From contig JAICUF010000002.1 in assembly GCA_025935995.1 (NCBI GenBank), forward strand, positions 11,680 through 75,679: 64,000 nt of DNA, read 5' to 3'. Origin of the DNA: Gemmatimonadales bacterium. GTDB lineage: Bacteria > Gemmatimonadota > Gemmatimonadetes > Gemmatimonadales > GWC2-71-9. This document shows, in pieces, positions 1 to 8,250 of the stretch (within the stretch, counting starts at the first letter, position 1; each line of letters begins with the position of its first letter). Under the pieces are notes generated by a model. It saw only the letters and a list, made by a program, of their open reading frames with translations, was not told the DNA's origin and searched no databases. Made by a program: the position numbers and the translations under genes.

Positions 1-1477
1 CGAATCCATCAGCGATGTGTTCCCATCGGCAAGGATCCACCGCACCGGCGACTGGTCCGCCGGCTTCAGCGGCACCTGGTTCCTCGATCCGCTCGACCCG
101 CTCTTCCAGCGGATCGGCACGCTGTTCATCAAGCGGCAGACCGAGCTGTTCGGCACCGATCATCTGTATGCGGCCGACAGCTTCAACGAGATCAACCCGC
201 CCACCGACGACTCGACCTTCCTCGCGGGGATGGGCCGCACCGTGTACGAGTCCATGCACGCCGCCGATCCCGATGCCATCTGGGTCCTGCAGGGCTGGTT
301 CCTCTACTACCAGGCGAAATTCTGGCGCGATCCGCAGGCAAAGGCGCTGCTCGGCGCCGTGCCCAACGATCGGATGCTGGTCCTCGATCTCTACGGCGAC
401 CGGCATCCGGTGTGGAAGGATCGCCAGGCGTTCTTCGGCAAGCCGTGGATCTGGAACGTGCTCTACAACTTCGGCGGGCAGGTGACGCTCAACGGCGATC
501 TCCCGCACATCGCTTCCAACGTGCACGACGCCGTGACCAGTCCCGCGCGCGGACGCCTTGCCGGGCTCGGCATGATGATGGAAGGGCTGGGATACAATCC
601 CATCGTGCCGGACTACGTGATGGACCTTGCATGGCGGGACGACGCGCCGCCGATCGAGGAGTGGGCACACGCCTGGGTGCGCCGGCGCTATGGGGGAGAG
701 AACGCGCGCGCGTGGGCCGCGTGGAAGATCCTGCTCGCGACGGCGTACCGCTCGCCGGCGCAGACCGGGACGTTCGTGGCCGAGCGGCCGCAGTTCTACG
801 ATCCGAAGATGGCGTATCGGACGGAGCCCAGGCTGCCGTACGATCCGAAGCTGCTGGTGGCGGCGCTGGACACGCTGCTCTCGGCGTCCAGGGAACTCGG
901 CGGGAGCGACGCCTACCGGTACGATGTGGTGAACCTCGCGCGGCAGGTGGTGGGCGGACTCGGGCTCCCGACGGTGCAGGCAGTCGAATCCGCCTATATA
1001 AGGAAAGACAAGGCGGCGCTGGAGGCGGCCGAGGCGCGGGTGACGGGGCTGATCGCGGACCTGGACACGCTGGTGGGGACCCGGCGCGAGTTTCTTCTGG
1101 GCCCCTGGCTCGAGAGCGCAAAGGCGTGGGGGAAGACGCCGGTCGAGCGCGATCTGTACGAGTGGAACGCGCGGAACATCATCACGCTCTGGGGAACGAA
1201 GTGCACCGAGGGCCAGAATGACGACTTGAATCTGTATGCGTACAAGCAGTGGCAGGGAATGTTCGGGGGGTACTATCTGCCGCGGTGGAGGGAGTTCTTC
1301 ACGCGGTTGAATCGGTCGCTGGATGAGGAGAAGGGGTTCGATCGGAAGCCATTTGCGGCGGAGAGTTGTGAATGGGAGAAGGGGTGGTCGGCCGGCCACG
1401 GGAGGTACCGTGTTGCGCCGGAGGGGGACGCGATTGAGGTGGCGAGGAGGATGGTAGAGAGGTGGCGCATGGAGTAG
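1..1477 (+). CDS. alpha-N-acetylglucosaminidase (GH89, NAGLU family), C-terminal ~490 aa; 5' end outside window
   Basis: Frame is open from the window edge to the stop at 1475-1477. The translation (...LFGTDHLYAADSFNEINPP...IWVLQGWFLYYQ...KPWIWNVLYNFGG...YYLPRWREFF...) is collinear with NAGLU/GH89 catalytic and C-terminal domains as I recall them. Confidence 0.9.
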   Translation, partial: ESISDVFPSARIHRTGDWSAGFSGTWFLDPLDPLFQRIGTLFIKRQTELFGTDHLYAADSFNEINPPTDDSTFLAGMGRTVYESMHAADPDAIWVLQGWFLYYQAKFWRDPQAKALLGAVPNDRMLVLDLYGDRHPVWKDRQAFFGKPWIWNVLYNFGGQVTLNGDLPHIASNVHDAVTSPARGRLAGLGMMMEGLGYNPIVPDYVMDLAWRDDAPPIEEWAHAWVRRRYGGENARAWAAWKILLATAYRSPAQTGTFVAERPQFYDPKMAYRTEPRLPYDPKLLVAALDTLLSASRELGGSDAYRYDVVNLARQVVGGLGLPTVQAVESAYIRKDKAALEAAEARVTGLIADLDTLVGTRREFLLGPWLESAKAWGKTPVERDLYEWNARNIITLWGTKCTEGQNDDLNLYAYKQWQGMFGGYYLPRWREFFTRLNRSLDEEKGFDRKPFAAESCEWEKGWSAGHGRYRVAPEGDAIEVARRMVERWRME

Positions 1478-1613
1478 TCCGCCCGCAGCTCCCGCCACCA
1501 TGGAGACGCCGAGCAGGATGCCGCGTCGCAGCCAGTGACAGCAAGACACCGATCCACAGTCCGGCCAGGACTACCACGCCACCTCGCCGATCACCATCCC
1601 GGACCACTTCCTG

Positions 1614-2054
1614 TTATCGCTTCCTCCCTCCGACGCCGGGCACGGCCGCGACCTGCTTCATCCAGGCCGCGACCTGGCGTTCGTCGAGATCGTCCACCGA
1701 CTCGAGCTCCACGCCGCGTGTTGACTTGCCCATCCCCACCGGCGTCACCGGCGGCACCGGCGTGAGCGCGGCGCCGTTGATGAACATGAGCTTGACGTGC
1801 CGGGCAAAGCCGCCGCAGGAGAAGCACCAGCCGTCGCCGACGCCGTAGTACGCCATACCCCACTTCACGGAGCGCTCGAGTCCGGGCAGCGTCCTGGCCG
1901 CCAGGGCATCGACACGTTCCGCAATGCCGCGCTGCGGCTCGGGCAGGCTTGCGATGTAGGCGAAGACCGGCTTGTCGCCGACCGCTGCCTTCGCCGGGCT
2001 GGCCTTGCCGGTCATCGCTTCCGGCAGCGTGAAGGGGTCCGTCTTGCGGGGCAT
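1614..2054 (-). CDS. DUF1801 (YdhG-like) domain protein
   Basis: 146-aa ORF with motifs ...KPVFAYIASLPEPQR...SVKWGMAYYG...FARHVKLMF... typical of the YdhG/DUF1801 family. Convergent with the NAGLU gene. Confidence 0.75.
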   Translation of the reverse strand: MPRKTDPFTLPEAMTGKASPAKAAVGDKPVFAYIASLPEPQRGIAERVDALAARTLPGLERSVKWGMAYYGVGDGWCFSCGGFARHVKLMFINGAALTPVPPVTPVGMGKSTRGVELESVDDLDERQVAAWMKQVAAVPGVGGRKR

Positions 2055-2103
2055 GCTGGTAACCTCTGTGTGCGAGTGACGGTTTCGCCGCGCGGAGTCG
2101 CTC

Positions 2104-2592
2104 CTACTTCATCGACTGCACGTGCGCCACCAGCTGATCCAGCGCGATCTCCGTTCCCTGCTGCCAACCCGACTCCCTGTTCTTCTCCACGTCCGCTTCA
2201 TCCCGGTGCAGCGCCGTGAATACGTAGCGCGTGCCGGCCCCCTCGGCCTTCATCGTCATGATGGCCGTGATCGGAATGTCGTCGAAGACCGCCGGGCGAT
2301 AGCCGGGGAACAGCATGGAGGTCCAGACGAGCCGCTCCATCGGAACCGCTTCCAGGACGCAGCCGAGGTTGGGCACCTCCCGACCGTCGCCCACGGCGAT
2401 GTCGATGCGGAAGATGCCGCCCGGCCGGGCGTCCAGCTCGGTGTGCGACACCCGTCCCCACTCCCTGGGCATGTACCACTCCTTGATGTGCTCCGGCTTC
2501 GTCAACGCCTCCCAGACGAGACGCACGGGAGCGTCGATGAACCGTTCGAAGACGATGTCGAGCTTCGGATCGATCGTGGCGGCGGTGCTCAT
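2104..2592 (-). CDS. SRPBCC superfamily protein (AHSA1/START-like)
   Basis: 162-aa ORF. N-terminus ...IVFERFIDAPVRLVWEALTKPEHIKEWY... is the classic AHSA1-type SRPBCC signature. ATGA overlap (2589-2592) with the upstream ArsR gene. Confidence 0.8.
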   Translation of the reverse strand: MSTAATIDPKLDIVFERFIDAPVRLVWEALTKPEHIKEWYMPREWGRVSHTELDARPGGIFRIDIAVGDGREVPNLGCVLEAVPMERLVWTSMLFPGYRPAVFDDIPITAIMTMKAEGAGTRYVFTALHRDEADVEKNRESGWQQGTEIALDQLVAHVQSMK

Positions 2593-2930
2593 GATTCCTG
2601 TTCCTTCTGCTTGAGTTGTTTGACGTACTCATCGAAGCGGTCCAGCCGGGCTTCCCAGGACCGACGTCGCTCGGTCAGCCAGTCCTCGGCCACCTTGAAG
2701 CGCTCAGGAGCGATCTCGTAGGTTCGTACCCGCCCGCGCTTCTTCGACTTGACCAGCCGGCTCTGTTCGAGCACCGACAGGTGCTGCACGAACGATGGGA
2801 GCTGCATGTCGAACGGCGCCGCCAGTTCGCTGACCGTCGCGGGCCCGACGGACAGTCGCTCCAGGACTCGTCGCCGCGTCGGGTTGGCCAGGGCGTGAAA
2901 GACGTCGTCGGCAACTGCGATTTGAGCCAT
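2589..2930 (-). CDS. ArsR/SmtB family transcriptional regulator
   Basis: wHTH signature ...FHALANPTRRRVLERLSVGPATVSELAAPFDMQLPSFVQHLSVLEQSRLV.... I prefer the ATG at 2930 (MAQIAV..., 113 aa); the ORF stays open to a TTG at 2978. Confidence 0.85.
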   Translation of the reverse strand: MAQIAVADDVFHALANPTRRRVLERLSVGPATVSELAAPFDMQLPSFVQHLSVLEQSRLVKSKKRGRVRTYEIAPERFKVAEDWLTERRRSWEARLDRFDEYVKQLKQKEQES

Positions 2931-2985
2931 GTCCACGCGCTGTTCGGGTTGTCCGCTCGCTTCGAAGGAAGTGTACAACCGGGAA

Positions 2986-3023
2986 ACACTTTTGTAAATA
3001 CCTAAGTATTAATTATATTCGAA
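2986..3023. promoter_or_regulatory. AT-rich divergent promoter/operator island between the ArsR and PadR genes, with palindrome AATAC-n4-GTATT (2997-3010)
   Basis: cttttgtaaatacctaagtattaattatattcgaa is an isolated AT-rich stretch in otherwise GC-rich DNA. It lies directly upstream of the ArsR start and about 110 nt upstream of the PadR GTG. Confidence 0.35.
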
Positions 3024-3130
3024 GCGCCCGCGCGATCCACGGCCGCGGGCGGCGAGTCCGCCGAAGGACCATTGCGCGATGACGCGCCGAACGGTATGCT
3101 CATATTGCCATCCAATAGGAAGCCACGCCC

Positions 3131-3475
3131 GTGCCGCCGAAGCTCGACATCCAGCAGGGCACCCTCGCCCTGATGATCCTCCGTACCCTCGACGTGCTGG
3201 GGCCCCTGCACGGCTACGGCGTGGCGCGCCGCATCGAGGAGACGAGCGGAAACCGCCTCGCGCTCAACTACGGCACGCTCTATCCCGCCCTGGTCAAGCT
3301 CGAGCAGCAGGGATTCGTCACCGCCGAGTGGCGGCCGTCGGACAACAATCGTCGGGCCAAGTACTACGCGCTGACGCCGGCCGGACGCAAACAACTCGCG
3401 CGGGAAACGCGGGAGTGGAACCAGACGGCCGATCTCATCGCCGCCTTTCTCGCACCGAGGCCGGAGGCATCATGA
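3131..3475 (+). CDS. PadR family transcriptional regulator (ADOP-associated type)
   Basis: 114 aa with ...QGTLALMILRTLDVLGPLHGYGVARRIEETSGNRLALNYGTLYPALVKLEQQGFVTAEW...RRAKYYALTPAGRKQL.... Its stop overlaps the permease start (ATGA at 3472-3475). Confidence 0.9.
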   Translation: MPPKLDIQQGTLALMILRTLDVLGPLHGYGVARRIEETSGNRLALNYGTLYPALVKLEQQGFVTAEWRPSDNNRRAKYYALTPAGRKQLARETREWNQTADLIAAFLAPRPEAS

Positions 3476-6177
3476 GCATGCTGCGTGAGGTCGTTGCCCG
3501 TCTGGCCGGGACCCTCCGTGGTCACCCGGCCGACCCCGAGCTCGACGAGGAGTTCCGGTCGCACCTCGAGATGGAAACCGCCGAGTACGTCCGGCGCGGC
3601 ATGGCTCCCGAGGAAGCGCGGCGGCAGGCGCTGATCGCATCCGGCGGCGTCACGCCCGCGGCCGAAGCCGTGCGCGACCAGCGCGGCCTCCCCTGGGTGG
3701 AGAGCATTGCCGCCGACCTCCGCTACGCGCTCCGCGCCCTCCGCCGGAGCCCGGGCTTCACCACCGTCGTGATTCTCACCCTCGCACTCGGCATCGGCGC
3801 CAACACCGCCATCTTCAGCGTCGTCCGCGGCGTGCTGCTCAAGCCGCTGCCGCATCGCGACGGCGACCGGCTCGTCTACCTCCGCCAGTCCACCGACGGA
3901 CCGGCCGGTGAGGACATCGCCTTCTCCGTGCCCGAGATCCGCGATATCCGGACCGGCGTCAGGTCGTTCGAGGGCGTGGCCGAGTACTCGCCATGGACGG
4001 TGACGCTGCAGGAGCGGGAGGGCGCGACCCATCTGGATGCGGGGCTCGTCTCCGGCAACTTCTTCAAGGTGATGGGCCTCTCCCCCGTTCTCGGCCGCGT
4101 CACCCAGCCGGACGACGACGGAAGCGGCGTGCCGCCGGTGATGGTGCTGACGCACGAGTTCTGGATGAAGCACTTCAGCGGCGACCCGGGCATCGTCGGC
4201 CGGAAGGTCATGCTCGACGGCGAGCCGGTGACGGTGATCGGCGTGATGCAGCAGGCGCCGTTCTTCCCCGCCCGTGTGGACGTGCTGCTCAACATGGTGA
4301 TCAGCCCGCATCATGTGAGCGCCACGATGGTGGAGGGGCGGACGCACCGCATGACGCAGATGCTGGCGCGGCTCGCCCCCGGCGCCACAGTGGAGCAGGC
4401 ACGCGCCGAGGTGACGGCGACCTACGCACGAATGCAGCAGGACCACACCGACGCGTACGACCCCGGCTCGCACTACCGCATGACCGTCCTTCCGTTCAAG
4501 CAGGCACTGGGCGAGCACGCACGGCTCACGCTGATGCTCCTGATGGGCGCGGCGGTGTTCGTTCTCATCATCTCCGCCGCCAACGTCGTGAACCTGACCT
4601 TGATGCGGGGACTCCGCCGCGGCCACGAGCTGGTCCTCCGCGCCGCGCTCGGCGCCGGCGTGCTCCGGCTCCGGCGCCTCCTCCTGGTCGAGAACCTCCT
4701 GCTGACCCTGGCCGGCTCGGTGCTCGGCATCCTCCTGGCATTCGGCGGAACGGGGCTGCTCAGGTCGCTGGCCGCGCGGTATTCGACACGCGCGAGCGAC
4801 GTGCGGCTCGACCTCGTGGTGCTCGCCTTCACGCTGGGGCTCGCGGTCGCGATCGCCCTCCTGCTTTCCTTCGCCGCGTCGCTGCCCAAGGAGGGGCGGT
4901 TCGCGGCGCTGATCGCGGCGGGCGCGCAGCGGGTCGCCGGCGGCCTCCGGAGCCAGCGGCTCCAGCGCGCGCTCGTGGTGGCGCAGGTGGCGGTGAGCGT
5001 GATGCTCCTCGCCGGCGCGGGGCTCCTCACCCGCACCATGATCCGCCTCTCGACGGTAGACACCGGGCTCAGGACGGAGCAGGTGCTGACGATCCCGCTC
5101 GCGCTCATCAATCCGGCGCAGCTCTCGGCCGGCGGGCCCAACATCATGGCGCTCGACGCCGAGGCGAAGCAACGCTACGAGGAGATACGGCGCGAGCTGC
5201 GGGCGCTGCCCGGCGTCATCGAAGTGGGCGTCGGCTCGACGATGCCGCTCCGGGCCTCGGACATCCGGCTGGACGTGAAGGCGGAGGGCCGCCCCCTCCA
5301 GCCCGGGCAGGCGATGCCGCAGGGCGACTACCGGACCGCGAGCCCCGAATATTTCCGCGCGGCCGGGATTCCGATCCTCAAGGGACGGGAGTTTCAGTCG
5401 ACCGACCGCGCGGGTGCCGGCCGCGTCGTCGTCATCAATCAGACGATGGCCAATCAGCTCTTCCACGGTGAGGACCCGATCGGAAAGCGCATCGCCTGGA
5501 CCGGCGACGTGCTCCGCTTCACGCCGTTCAGCGGCGACTGGCGCACGGTCATCGGCGTGGTGGCGAACACGCAGGACGGCGGACCCGAGGCCGAGCCGCG
5601 CGCCGTGGCGTTCATGCCGTTCGACCAGGAGCTCACGGTGTTCGGCGGGCTCGTGGTGCGCGCGGAGAGCAACGTCGAGGGCCTCACGGCCGCGGCGACG
5701 CGCATCGTCCGGCGGCTCGCACCGGGGGTGCCGCTCGAGAACGTGCTCACCGTCTCGCAGATCCGCTCGGAGGGCGTCGCGCCGAAGCGGCTCAACGCCG
5801 TGCTCGTCTCCCTCTTCGGGCTTCTCGCGGTCCTGATCGCCGCGGTGGGCATCGGCGGCGTGCTTGCCTTCTCCGTCGGCGCCCGCACCGGTGAGATCGG
5901 GATCCGCATGAGCCTTGGCGCGGATGCCGGGCGGGTGCACCGGATGATCCTCAGGGAAGGCGGCGTGCTCGTGGTGCTCGGTCTCGTCCTCGGCATCGGC
6001 GGCGCCTGGTTCGCGGCGCAATTCATCCGCGGACTCCTCTTCGGCGTGGCGCCGCATGATCCGGTCACCTTCGGCGGCGTGGCACTGCTGATGGCGGCGA
6101 TCGGCGTCGGCGCCTGCTGGATTCCGGCACTCCGCGCGGCGCGCATCGATCCCGCGATCACGATGCGATCGGCGTGA
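3472..6177 (+). CDS. ADOP-type duplicated MacB/FtsX permease (orphan, no ATPase)
   Basis: 901 aa from the ATG at 3472. N-terminal cytoplasmic helix region (EFRSHLEMETAEYVRRGMAPEEARRQA) is followed by two MacB_PCD+FtsX modules, ending ...ACWIPALRAARIDPAITMRSA. The upstream extension of ORF 3079.. overlaps PadR and was rejected. Confidence 0.9.
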   Translation: MSMLREVVARLAGTLRGHPADPELDEEFRSHLEMETAEYVRRGMAPEEARRQALIASGGVTPAAEAVRDQRGLPWVESIAADLRYALRALRRSPGFTTVVILTLALGIGANTAIFSVVRGVLLKPLPHRDGDRLVYLRQSTDGPAGEDIAFSVPEIRDIRTGVRSFEGVAEYSPWTVTLQEREGATHLDAGLVSGNFFKVMGLSPVLGRVTQPDDDGSGVPPVMVLTHEFWMKHFSGDPGIVGRKVMLDGEPVTVIGVMQQAPFFPARVDVLLNMVISPHHVSATMVEGRTHRMTQMLARLAPGATVEQARAEVTATYARMQQDHTDAYDPGSHYRMTVLPFKQALGEHARLTLMLLMGAAVFVLIISAANVVNLTLMRGLRRGHELVLRAALGAGVLRLRRLLLVENLLLTLAGSVLGILLAFGGTGLLRSLAARYSTRASDVRLDLVVLAFTLGLAVAIALLLSFAASLPKEGRFAALIAAGAQRVAGGLRSQRLQRALVVAQVAVSVMLLAGAGLLTRTMIRLSTVDTGLRTEQVLTIPLALINPAQLSAGGPNIMALDAEAKQRYEEIRRELRALPGVIEVGVGSTMPLRASDIRLDVKAEGRPLQPGQAMPQGDYRTASPEYFRAAGIPILKGREFQSTDRAGAGRVVVINQTMANQLFHGEDPIGKRIAWTGDVLRFTPFSGDWRTVIGVVANTQDGGPEAEPRAVAFMPFDQELTVFGGLVVRAESNVEGLTAAATRIVRRLAPGVPLENVLTVSQIRSEGVAPKRLNAVLVSLFGLLAVLIAAVGIGGVLAFSVGARTGEIGIRMSLGADAGRVHRMILREGGVLVVLGLVLGIGGAWFAAQFIRGLLFGVAPHDPVTFGGVALLMAAIGVGACWIPALRAARIDPAITMRSA

Positions 6178-6279
6178 CGCGGAGCGGGGTGCGCGGGAAG
6201 GCGACCTGCCCGGATTGCGGAGGTCACGCCGCGGGGACGGCCTCGCCCCATCCTGTCGCATCTCCTTCCGGAGCGACCG

Positions 6280-6927
6280 ATGGCGGCGCGCCACCAGACG
6301 AGCCCCCCTGAACGGCCATACCAGCCATTTCCCGACGTCGCCCGCCGGAACTTCATGCAGCGCCACGTCGAGATCCCTCTGATGACGCGGGCCCTGGGGC
6401 TCCCGCGCGGGGGCCGCGTGCTCGAGATCGGCTGCGGCCGGGGCGTGGGGCTCGGCGCCCTCTCGGCCGCTCTCCGTCCATCGCTGCTCGTGGGACTCGA
6501 CGTCGACGCCGCGTTGCTGGCCGAAGCCCGGAGGCGCCTGGCCCTCGAGCGAGTGCCGGCCCGGATCGAGCTTGGTGACGCCCGCGCCTTGCCATTCGGT
6601 GATGCGAGCTTCGACCTCGTCATAGACTTCGGCACCTGCTACCACATCGCGGGCGCCTCCGCCGCGCTCAGGCAGATCGTCCGCGTCCTGGCACCCGGCG
6701 GGCTCTTCGTTTCCGAGACGGTGAGCAGCCAGCTCCTGTCGCATCCGTGGCGCACGCGCGGGCGGCGGTTGCCGTGGGGCTCGGCGCCCGAGCTCAGCGT
6801 GGTGAGGCGGGGAATTCTCTGGAAGGCGCGGCGGCGCGGCGCGGGGTATCCGTGGGACGGCCAACTACCAGTCCCTGACGGCGAGATGCCTCATGCAGCG
6901 CGAAACGATCTACGAGTACGATCTTGA
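6280..6927 (+). CDS. class I SAM-dependent methyltransferase
   Basis: Motif I VLEIGCGRGVG, then ...LPFGDASFDLVIDFG... and ...LAPGGLF..., a typical Methyltransf_11/25 layout. Confidence 0.75.
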   Translation: MAARHQTSPPERPYQPFPDVARRNFMQRHVEIPLMTRALGLPRGGRVLEIGCGRGVGLGALSAALRPSLLVGLDVDAALLAEARRRLALERVPARIELGDARALPFGDASFDLVIDFGTCYHIAGASAALRQIVRVLAPGGLFVSETVSSQLLSHPWRTRGRRLPWGSAPELSVVRRGILWKARRRGAGYPWDGQLPVPDGEMPHAARNDLRVRS

Positions 6928-7129
6928 TGTGACCGGAATGGCGGATTACGGCGTGAGCCTCGACGCGGTGGTTTCGGGCAGGGAGCAGGTTCCTGCCCAG
7001 GGGCTGCGCTTCGATGTGGCGTTCGAGGGCAGCGCCAGTGGCCGCCTGGCGGGCAGTGTCCGCGGCGTCGACCGGCTCCGGACTACGCATCAGTCAACAG
7101 CCGGCAGATCTGGGGGTATGGGACGGTGA
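6893..7129 (+). pseudogene. short ORF, possible truncated or frameshifted remnant of a small beta-barrel (DUF3237-like) gene
   Basis: The 78-aa ORF overlaps the methyltransferase 3' end. ...GLRFDVAFEGSASGRLAGSVRGVD... weakly recalls the G.R....GG.F.G..L.G.V..G.D core of DUF3237-type proteins, but the ORF ends about halfway. Weak, motif-level only. Confidence 0.2.
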
Positions 7130-7160
7130 ACTTCGCCACCGGATAGATCCACATCGAAGG

Positions 7161-7727
7161 CTACATGCAGTGACGGTGTAGCTCGCGGAAGGCGCGCGCG
7201 AGATCCTTCGGCTGATGGTGCGCGTTGAGGCCGCTCGGATTGGGCAGCACCCAGATGCGCGTGGCGCCGATCGTCCGATCCTGCGGGCCAATCCCCGCGC
7301 GCGGGCTGTCGAATGCGACGCGGTACGCGCCGATCCCCGCCACGGCCAGCCACCTGGGCGAGTAGCGCCTCACCTTCCGCTCGAGCCGCCGCCGGCCCGC
7401 GACCAGCTCCTCCCGCGTCACCTCCGCCGCCGTCGCCGTCGTACGGGCGACGATGTTGGTGATTCCCACCCCGCGCTCCAGCAGCAGATCCTTCTCCCAC
7501 GGCGCGAGCAGTCGCTCGGTGAAGCCACCGGCGTGCAGCGCCGGCCAGAACCGGTTCCCCGGCCGCGCGAAGTGGTGTCCCGTCGCACCCGAGTAGAGTC
7601 CCGGGTTGATGCCGCAGAAGAGCACGTCGAGTCCCGGCGCGATCACGTCCTTCAGCGTCGCGGTGACGGCCGCGGCAAGCTCGGCGCGGGTGGGGCGCGA
7701 GAAGGAAGGAGGGGGTGCGTTGCGCAT
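7161..7727 (-). CDS. mug: G/U mismatch-specific DNA glycosylase (UDG family 2)
   Basis: ...APGLDVLFCGINPGLYSGATGHHFARPGNRFW...GVGITNIV...TRIWVLPNPSGLN... is collinear with E. coli Mug, including the GINPG and NPSGL motifs. Confidence 0.9.
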   Translation of the reverse strand: MRNAPPPSFSRPTRAELAAAVTATLKDVIAPGLDVLFCGINPGLYSGATGHHFARPGNRFWPALHAGGFTERLLAPWEKDLLLERGVGITNIVARTTATAAEVTREELVAGRRRLERKVRRYSPRWLAVAGIGAYRVAFDSPRAGIGPQDRTIGATRIWVLPNPSGLNAHHQPKDLARAFRELHRHCM

Positions 7728-7842
7728 GTCGTCGACAAGAATACTTCGGAAAGCGCCCGCAGAGACCCCAGCGGATCGAGCGGTAGCGTGCCGCTGACCG
7801 TCGCTCTAGCTTGTCAGATCGTCCCATCTCACGGAGGGACCA

Positions 7843-8250
7843 GTGCCGATTCACTCACGGTCGGGTATCGGACCAGCGCTTCCTGGCTTCGCGATCGCTC
7901 TCGCGCTTGCCAGTTCCCCCGCCAGCCGGTTTCCGGTCGGCAGCTACGATTCCGATGCCTACACGCTCACCTTCGAGAAGGGCGGCACGTTCCGCTACAT
8001 GAAGGGTGAGCAGCTGATGGTCCGGGGCAGGTACGTGGTCCACGACAGCACCATGTCGATGACCGACCGGACGGGGATCGATGCGTGCGTCGGACCTCAC
8101 CGGAACCCGGGCACGTATCGGTGGAAGCTGGACGGCAGCGCCCTGTGGTTCACCACGCTTCACGATGCGTGCCCGGACCGGATTCGCGGACTGGCCGATC
8201 AGTCGTGGAAACCGCATCGGCCTCGCGGCTATTCCTCCGGTTCGAAATAG
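7843..8250 (+). CDS. hypothetical secreted protein
   Basis: 135-aa ORF with a hydrophobic N-terminal segment (PALPGFAIALALASSPA). Natural-looking composition; no family recognised. Confidence 0.5.
   Translation: MPIHSRSGIGPALPGFAIALALASSPASRFPVGSYDSDAYTLTFEKGGTFRYMKGEQLMVRGRYVVHDSTMSMTDRTGIDACVGPHRNPGTYRWKLDGSALWFTTLHDACPDRIRGLADQSWKPHRPRGYSSGSK

Noticed and set aside
3079-3471. N-terminal extensions offered by the ORF track (for example 3079.., 10045.., 11714.., 12502.., 16593.., 26610.., 27641.., 34040 down to 33471, 34798.., 37600.., 53142..)
   Set aside because: The extensions overlap upstream genes, are Arg/Pro-rich, and precede obvious native N-termini (signal peptides, TM anchors, family-typical starts, SD boxes, ATGA/GTGA couplings). 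Shorter starts were chosen.
3364-6864. 1166-aa ORF on the minus strand, the longest in this part of the track
   Set aside because: It runs antisense to the well-supported ADOP permease and methyltransferase genes. Its translation is Arg/Gly/Pro/His/Ala-rich low-complexity with no recognisable motif, which is typical of a shadow ORF in high-GC DNA.
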